Positions 58,195-64,000 of a stretch of DNA of 64,000 nt are shown here, one piece after another. The DNA is from an uncultured delta proteobacterium (GTDB lineage Bacteria; Myxococcota_A; Polyangia; Polyangiales; Polyangiaceae). A program made the translations under genes and the position numbers. Position 1 is the first letter of the stretch, and the number at the start of each line of letters is the position of its first letter. Location of the stretch: contig CAWAIF010000002.1 of the NCBI GenBank assembly GCA_963782055.1, positions 448,001-512,000 of the forward strand. Direction: 5' to 3'. The notes under the pieces were generated by a model that was given only the letters and a program-made list of their open reading frames with translations, was not told the DNA's origin and made no database searches.

Positions 58195-58202
58195 GGCTCA
58201 CC

Positions 58203-58961
58203 CTATCCGACGAGGACAGCGCCCCCGTTCACGTTGAAGATCTCCCCGGTGACGAAGCCGGCGCCCTCGGTGCAGAGGAAGGTCACCGGCCCGGCGATCT
58301 CCTCCGGCGTGCCGACGCGCCCGAGGGGGATCGTGCCCAGCACCTTGGCACGCTCCGCCGGGTCGTCCAGCGAGGCCGCCGACATGGGCGTGAGCACCCA
58401 GCCCGGCGCGACGCAGTTGACGCGCACGCCGTGCCCCGCCAGCTCCGGCGCCAGGCTCTTGGTCAGGCTCACCAGCGCGCCCTTGCTGGCGGCGTAGTGC
58501 GCGTGCAGCGCCTCCCCCCGCTGGGCCGCGGTGCTCGCGATGAGCACGAGGTGCCCCTTGCGGCGCGGCTTCATCCGCCGCGCGGCTGCGCCGGCGACCG
58601 CGAAGACCCCGCGCACGTTGGCGTCCATGGTCTCGTCGTAGTCGGCCTCGGTCATGGCGTCGATGGCCGCTTCCTTCCAGACGCCGTGGTTGAGCACGAC
58701 ATGGTCCAGCGGGCCGATCGCCGCCTCCGCCGCCGCGACGAGCCGCTCGCCCTCGTCCCAGCGGGAGAGGTCCGCGTGGACCGCCACCGCGCGGCGTCCG
58801 AGCTTCTGCACCTCGGCCACGACGCGCGCGGCGCCCGCCTCGTCCGTCTTGAAGTGCACGACGACGTCCGCCCCCGCGCCCGCCAGCGCCACCGCGCAGG
58901 CCGCGCCGATCCCCTTGCTCGCGCCGGTGACGAGCGCGCGCTGCCCCGCCAGGCCGCTCAC
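58203..58961 (-). CDS. SDR family oxidoreductase (FabG-like)
   Basis: TGASKGIG, YAASK, VNCVAPG. Confidence 0.92.
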   Translation of the reverse strand: MSGLAGQRALVTGASKGIGAACAVALAGAGADVVVHFKTDEAGAARVVAEVQKLGRRAVAVHADLSRWDEGERLVAAAEAAIGPLDHVVLNHGVWKEAAIDAMTEADYDETMDANVRGVFAVAGAAARRMKPRRKGHLVLIASTAAQRGEALHAHYAASKGALVSLTKSLAPELAGHGVRVNCVAPGWVLTPMSAASLDDPAERAKVLGTIPLGRVGTPEEIAGPVTFLCTEGAGFVTGEIFNVNGGAVLVG

Positions 58962-59671
58962 GCGCGCTTCTCGCGCAGCCCCGCGAGCGACGCGCCGCAC
59001 GCGCACGTCTTGGGAACGCTCGCCTTCTGGTAGACGCGCTCGCACCGCGGGCACACGCGCGCGTCCGGCTCGAAGGCGATGATCTTGTCCGTCTCCGCGC
59101 AGCGGCGCCCCACGAGCTGCAGCGGCGGGCAGTCCAGCACCTCGCCCTGATCCTTGGAGGGCGCGCCGATGGCGCCGAGGGTCTCCTCCGAGAGGTCCAC
59201 GTGCTCCGGGATGCGGGCGCGCGCCTCCTTCGCCAGCCACGGCATCGCGCCGGGCAGCGAGACGCGGTCGACGCGCACGGTGAGGTCATCCCCCGACTCG
59301 TCCTTGCCGGTCACCACCAGCGCCTCCGGGTCGCCTGTCAGCGACTCCACGCGCCACCACGCCATGCGGCGCACGCCGCCGCGCTCCACCGCCAGGCCGG
59401 CCTGGCCGATGCGGATCGCCGCCTCGCTGCTCGTGCCGATCCAGATGGCGATGCCGAGCAGGATGGCGCCCGCGGCGAGGATCCACGGCGCGTACTTGAA
59501 GGGCTCGAGCGCGTCCGCGCGCACGTACGAGCCGAACTGCCCCCACACGCCGGCGCCGAGCATGATGCCGCCGATCCCCCCGACGACGTACACGACGGTG
59601 GGGTTGGTCTTCGCCTTCGGGACGAAGCGCCGTTCGGTCCGCGCGCGCTTGGCTTGCTTCTTCTTGCTCAT
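58958..59671 (-). CDS. Two-TM membrane protein with C-terminal RING-like zinc-finger
   Basis: Two TMs; C-terminal C.ET.K.I......VCPRC...Y......C.C. Confidence 0.7.
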   Translation of the reverse strand: MSKKKQAKRARTERRFVPKAKTNPTVVYVVGGIGGIMLGAGVWGQFGSYVRADALEPFKYAPWILAAGAILLGIAIWIGTSSEAAIRIGQAGLAVERGGVRRMAWWRVESLTGDPEALVVTGKDESGDDLTVRVDRVSLPGAMPWLAKEARARIPEHVDLSEETLGAIGAPSKDQGEVLDCPPLQLVGRRCAETDKIIAFEPDARVCPRCERVYQKASVPKTCACGASLAGLREKRA

Positions 59672-59776
59672 CGTTCGGCCGCGCACATTACTCAATTTCG
59701 GAGCGCGCGCGAGCGTTCAAGCCGGGCCGCCGGCGGCCTGCGCGGAGGCGGGACGGGGTGGTAGGCTCCGCGTCCC

Positions 59777-61969
59777 ATGCGACGCACCCTCCTCCTCTTC
59801 GGTGCCCTGGTCCTCGTGGCGTGCGGGGCCGAGCCGCCGCCGCCCCCGCAAGCTCGCCCCACCCCGCTCCCCACGGCGAAGCCGGAGGCCGGGCCCGCCC
59901 CCGTGGTCGACCGCTACGGCTACCCGCCCACGCGCCGCAAGGACGTCACCGACACCCTCTTCGGCGTGCGGATCACCGACCCGTACCGCTGGCTGGAGGA
60001 CGGCAGCTCGCCGGAGGTGAAGGCGTGGGCCCACGCCGAGGACACCTTCGCGCGGGCGCGCCTCGCCAAGCTCCCCGAGCGCGACGCCATCGCCAAGCGC
60101 CTCGCCGAGCTCTTCTACGTGGAGACCGAGAGCCCGCCCGATCACGAGGGCAACCGCTGGTTCTGGTCGCACCGCGCGCCCAGGCAGGAGAAGTCGGTCG
60201 TCTACTGGCGGCAGGGCAAGAAGGGCAAGCCCAAGGTGCTGCTCGACCCCAACGCGTGGTCGGACGACGGCAGCGTCTCGCTCGGCCACTGGGACGCCTC
60301 GCTCGACGGCAAGCGCGTCGCCTACAACCAGAAGAGCAACAACTCCGACGAGGCGACGATGCACGTCATCGACGTCGCCAGCGGGAAGGTCTCCAGCGTC
60401 GACGTCATCAAGGGCACCAAGTACAGCGGCGCCTCCTGGACGCCGAAGGGCGACGGCTTCTACTACACGTACACGCCCCCCGCGGACGGCCACATCATCA
60501 CCGTCGCCGACAGGCCGGGCTTCGCCGAGGTGCGCTTCCACAAGCTGGGCACCGACCCGGCGCAGGACGCGGTGGTGCACGAGCGCACCGGCGACCCGAA
60601 GACCTTCATCGGCTCGGAGATCTCCCGCGACGGCCACTTCCTGCTCACCTACCTGGAGCACGGCTGGACCAGCACAGATGTATTCTACAAAGATCTCCGC
60701 CACGGCACGCCCAAGGCGTGGACGCCGCTGGTGAAGGGACAGCCGCACAAGTACGAGGTGTGGGTCTGGAAGGACCGCTTCTACGTCCGCACCGACGACG
60801 GCGCGGAGAACTACCACATCTTCAAGGTCGACCCGGCGAAGCCGGACCGCAAGGACTGGGTGGAGATTGTCCCGGAGCGCAAGGACGCCACGCTGCACAG
60901 CTTCAATATCGTCGGCAACCACCTGGCGCTCTCGTACCTGAAGGACGTCGTCTCCCACCTGGAGGTGCACGACCTGGACGGCAAGCTGGTGCGCGAGGTG
61001 AAGCTGCCCGCCATCGGCGACGCCTCGGTGCTGATGGGCAACCCCGGAGACGACGACGCCTACTACACCTTCGAGTCCTTCACCTACCCGCGGGAGATCG
61101 ACGAGACGAGCATCAAGACCGGCAAGACCTCTCTGTACTTCCGGATGAAGAGCCCGGTCGACCCGTCCAAGTTCACCGTGGAGCAGCTCTTCGCCACGTC
61201 CAAGGACGGCACGCGCGTCCCGTACTTCGTCGTCAAGCCGGTGGACTTCAAGGCGGACGGCAAGGCGAAGGCGCTGGTGTACGGCTACGGCGGGTTCCTC
61301 GTCACGCAGAGCCCGTACTTCACCTCCTCGGCCTACCCGTGGCTGGAGCGCGGCGGCATCTACGTGAGCGTCAACCTGCGCGGTGGCGGCGAGTACGGCG
61401 AGGCGTGGCACCAGGCCGGCCAGCGCCACAACAAGCAGCACGTCTTCGACGACCTCTTCGCGGTGCTGGAGAAGCTGGCGAAGGACAAGTACACGAGCGC
61501 GAGCCGCATCGCGGTGCGCGGCGCCTCCAACGGCGGTCTGCTCGTCGCCGCCGCGGTGACCGAGCGTCCCGACCTCTTCCGCGTCGGCCTCTGCGGCGTG
61601 CCGCTGGTGGACATGCTCCGCTACCAGCTCTTCGGCTCGGGCAAGACGTGGATCGAGGAGTACGGCTCGGCGGACAACGAGGCGGACTTCAAGGCGCTCT
61701 ACGCCTACTCGCCCTACCAGCACGTCACGCCCGGCGTGCACTACCCGTCGCTGCTGGTGCTCTCCGCCGACAGCGACGACCGCGTCGACCCGATGCACGC
61801 GCGCAAGTTCGTGGCGCGCATGCAGGCGGCGTCGGCGGGTGGCCCGGTGCTGCTGCGCGTGGAGAAGCACAGCGGCCACGGAGGGGCGGACCTGGTGCGC
61901 GCCGCGGTGGCGAAGATCGCCGACGAGCTCGCCTTCGCCTGGGACGAGATCGACAAGCCCAGGCCCTGA
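59777..61969 (+). CDS. Prolyl oligopeptidase (S9A) lipoprotein
   Basis: DPYRWLED, YGYGGF, RGGGEYG, GASNGG, DDRV, GHG. Confidence 0.95.
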   Translation: MRRTLLLFGALVLVACGAEPPPPPQARPTPLPTAKPEAGPAPVVDRYGYPPTRRKDVTDTLFGVRITDPYRWLEDGSSPEVKAWAHAEDTFARARLAKLPERDAIAKRLAELFYVETESPPDHEGNRWFWSHRAPRQEKSVVYWRQGKKGKPKVLLDPNAWSDDGSVSLGHWDASLDGKRVAYNQKSNNSDEATMHVIDVASGKVSSVDVIKGTKYSGASWTPKGDGFYYTYTPPADGHIITVADRPGFAEVRFHKLGTDPAQDAVVHERTGDPKTFIGSEISRDGHFLLTYLEHGWTSTDVFYKDLRHGTPKAWTPLVKGQPHKYEVWVWKDRFYVRTDDGAENYHIFKVDPAKPDRKDWVEIVPERKDATLHSFNIVGNHLALSYLKDVVSHLEVHDLDGKLVREVKLPAIGDASVLMGNPGDDDAYYTFESFTYPREIDETSIKTGKTSLYFRMKSPVDPSKFTVEQLFATSKDGTRVPYFVVKPVDFKADGKAKALVYGYGGFLVTQSPYFTSSAYPWLERGGIYVSVNLRGGGEYGEAWHQAGQRHNKQHVFDDLFAVLEKLAKDKYTSASRIAVRGASNGGLLVAAAVTERPDLFRVGLCGVPLVDMLRYQLFGSGKTWIEEYGSADNEADFKALYAYSPYQHVTPGVHYPSLLVLSADSDDRVDPMHARKFVARMQAASAGGPVLLRVEKHSGHGGADLVRAAVAKIADELAFAWDEIDKPRP

Positions 61970-62009
61970 CCGGCGGCACGTAGACTGCGCGGGCCCCTCC
62001 CGGCACGAC

Positions 62010-62110
62010 GGGCGTGGCCGGCGCGTCGCCGGGCGTCGCCGGGCGTCGCCAGGCGTGGCCGGGCGTCGCCGGACGTCGCCGGGCGTCGCCGGGCGTCGCC
62101 GGCGCGTCCC
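62010..62110. repeat. Tandem array of about 10 copies of 10-mer GGGCGTCGCC
   Basis: Seven in-phase 10-mers at 62031-62100 (two variant) plus degenerate flanking units; intergenic. Confidence 0.9.
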
Positions 62111-62287
62111 GCGCCAACGCCCGACGGGTGGGGGGGAGGTCGCACCGCCCACGCGAGACGCCGCCTCGAGTCCCTCCCGCCCTCGCCTGTCCCCCCTGTC
62201 CCCTCCCCCTGTCCCGGGACACCCGCGTCGAATTGCAAGCATGCTTGTCGTTCGACGTTTCTGCGGGGTTCTGCGGAGAGGGGGGGG

Positions 62288-62303
62288 TGGCACGGGGGGT
62301 GCT
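62288..62303 (+). promoter_or_regulatory. Putative sigma54 promoter
   Basis: TGGCACGGGGGGTGCT (GG-N10-GC, perfect TGGCACG) 13 nt upstream of ATG 62317. Confidence 0.65.
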
Positions 62304-62316
62304 TTGGGGGGGGCGT

Positions 62317-62910
62317 ATGGACCCTGTGTTCTTCACGATCAAGCGGGCTTACTACGCGACGCTCAGGCTCACCCGGCGGGCGCTCGCGGCGATGGGGCTC
62401 ACCGCGGCGCGGTTCGACCTGCTCGATGCGCTGTACAAGGTCGGGACGCGGACCGTCACGCTGCAGAGTCAGTTACGGCGGGCGCTCGGCGTCGCGCGGT
62501 CGACCATCAGCGTCATGATGCGATCGCTCGAGCGGATCGGGCTGGTCACGCGGCGGCGGGACGGGCGTGACGTGGTCGTCGCGCTCACGCCCGAGGGGCG
62601 TCGGCGCATCCGGCGGGCGTACTACGGGCTGGTGCTCGTGGGGCACGTGGGGTTCGCGCTGGACGGGGCGCTCGCGCCGGGCGAGCGGCGCTGGCCCGAC
62701 GCGCGGCGGTGCGCCAGCGCACGGCGGCACCTGGAAGCGCTCTGCATGCGCATCCGGCTCGGGTTCGGCGACGAGGCGACGCTGGACAGGCTGACCGAGT
62801 ACGGGTTCTGGGTGCTCCGCGATCGCGACCGAGCGCGGCGCGCGCAGGCGCGCCGCGAGCAACGACGGAGCGAGCTCGAGCAGGTCTGCGCGCTCCTCTC
62901 CGGGCCGTGA
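62317..62910 (+). CDS. MarR-family winged-helix transcriptional regulator
   Basis: GLTAARFDLL, LRRALGVARSTISVMMRSLERIGLVTR, V.LTPEGR. Confidence 0.8.
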   Translation: MDPVFFTIKRAYYATLRLTRRALAAMGLTAARFDLLDALYKVGTRTVTLQSQLRRALGVARSTISVMMRSLERIGLVTRRRDGRDVVVALTPEGRRRIRRAYYGLVLVGHVGFALDGALAPGERRWPDARRCASARRHLEALCMRIRLGFGDEATLDRLTEYGFWVLRDRDRARRAQARREQRRSELEQVCALLSGP

Positions 62911-63008
62911 ACGACGTTCGTGCCCGGCACTCGCCGAGCCCCCGCGGCATGTCGGACGTCGGACGTGGAGAGCGTCCTCGCACCCGCCGCCCGCCTCCCA
63001 GCGAGACC

Positions 63009-63410
63009 TCAGTTGAACGCGGCCGACTGACACTCCGACTTGGCGGGGCAACCCGCGTTCGTCGCGCACGTCTCGCAGTCGCTCTGGCACTTGCTGCGGC
63101 ACGTCTGCTCCGCGCTCTTGCAGTTCTGCCGGCAGCCGAAGTTGTTCTTGCAGTTGTCCTGGCACGTCTTGCTCGTCGTGCCGCAGGTGGTGCCGCACGT
63201 GCCCGCCGCCTGGGTGCACGACAGGTCCGGCGTGCACGCGCCGTCCGCGCCCGCGTCGCTCGCCCCGCCGTCGCCACCGGACGCGTCGCTCCGGGCGTCG
63301 GCGCCGCCGTCGTCCACGGGCTGGAAGATGTCGAAGTCGTAGCTGCAGCCCGTCGCCGCGACGGCGGCGAGCGCGATCGACAAGACGTGCAGACGCCCCA
63401 TGCTCGCCAT
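63009..63410 (-). CDS. Small Cys-rich lipoprotein
   Basis: Lipobox ATGC; DGG linker; CX3C repeats. Confidence 0.7.
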   Translation of the reverse strand: MASMGRLHVLSIALAAVAATGCSYDFDIFQPVDDGGADARSDASGGDGGASDAGADGACTPDLSCTQAAGTCGTTCGTTSKTCQDNCKNNFGCRQNCKSAEQTCRSKCQSDCETCATNAGCPAKSECQSAAFN

Positions 63411-63437
63411 GCTCGAACTGTAGCCGACCGGGCCCCG

Positions 63438-64000
63438 CTAGGCCATTTTCGAGAGCTCGTCGTACAGGTACGCCGCGCTCTTGATGCCCAGGTGGTAGTT
63501 CTCCAGGTCCAGCCACTCGTTGGGGGCGTGGGCGTTCTCGTCCGGCTGGCCGAAGCCCATGAGCAGGCAAGGTTTGCCGGTCACGTCGGCGATCGTCCGC
63601 ACGAAGGGGATGGACCCGCCCTCGCGGATGAACACCGTCGGCTTGCCGAACGCCTTCGAGAAGGCGCGCTTGGCGACCTCGAAGACGGGGTGGTTGGTGG
63701 GCGCGAGGTACGGCTCGCCGCCGTGGAGGTTGACCACGCGGACGCGCACGCCGCGCGGGGCGAGCTTCTGGATGTGCGCCCCGACCTTCTTCGCGATGTC
63801 GGCCGAGCTCTGGTTGGGCACCAGCCGGCAGGAGAGCTTCGCCATCGCGCGGGCGGGGATGATGGTCTTGGCGCCCTCGCCCTCGTGACCGCCGCTGATG
63901 CCGTTGACGTCCAGCGTGGGGCGCGCCCACACGCGCTCCAGGGTGGAGTAGCCCTTCTCGCCGACCAGCTCCGGGCAGCCGGTGGAGGCGAGCCACTCCT
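63438..64000 (-). CDS. M20-family dipeptidase, C-terminal part (5' truncated by window)
   Basis: WARPTLDVNGI.GG, KTIIP, RLVP.Q, GGSIP, AHAPNE. Confidence 0.9.
   Translation of the reverse strand, partial: EWLASTGCPELVGEKGYSTLERVWARPTLDVNGISGGHEGEGAKTIIPARAMAKLSCRLVPNQSSADIAKKVGAHIQKLAPRGVRVRVVNLHGGEPYLAPTNHPVFEVAKRAFSKAFGKPTVFIREGGSIPFVRTIADVTGKPCLLMGFGQPDENAHAPNEWLDLENYHLGIKSAAYLYDELSKMA

Noticed and set aside
62010..62110. Possible CRISPR array
   Set aside because: 10-bp units without unique spacers; no cas genes

Overview
High-GC chromosomal window from a probable myxobacterium (Polyangiales-like). This assignment is inferred from a MYXO-CTERM tail, CglB-like VWA and Cys-rich lipoproteins, a sigma54 activator and Ser/Thr kinase-AAA-TPR proteins. 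It holds about 53 mostly housekeeping or envelope CDSs: cysS (partial), dnaA with upstream DnaA boxes but no dnaN, miaE, proB, cdd/PNP, coaD, thiolase, 3-hydroxyacyl-CoA dehydrogenase and prolyl oligopeptidase. It also holds a divergent pair of tRNA-Ser genes. No CRISPR array, integrase, transposase or rRNA was seen. The most striking system is a three-gene operon (29946-36480) with a candidate sigma54 promoter. It encodes two hydrazine-synthase-alpha-like c-type cytochrome lipoproteins, one with extra CX8CH/CX4CH motifs, around a secreted HEAT-repeat protein. Other notable items are a DEDDh exonuclease-WYL fusion, a 10-bp tandem array plus candidate sigma54 promoter before a MarR gene, recurrent leaderless-type -10 boxes, several apparent pseudoenzymes, and a compositionally atypical segment (43150-47000). 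Four single-base indels may be assembly errors. All calls come from reading motifs by eye; no database searches were run.
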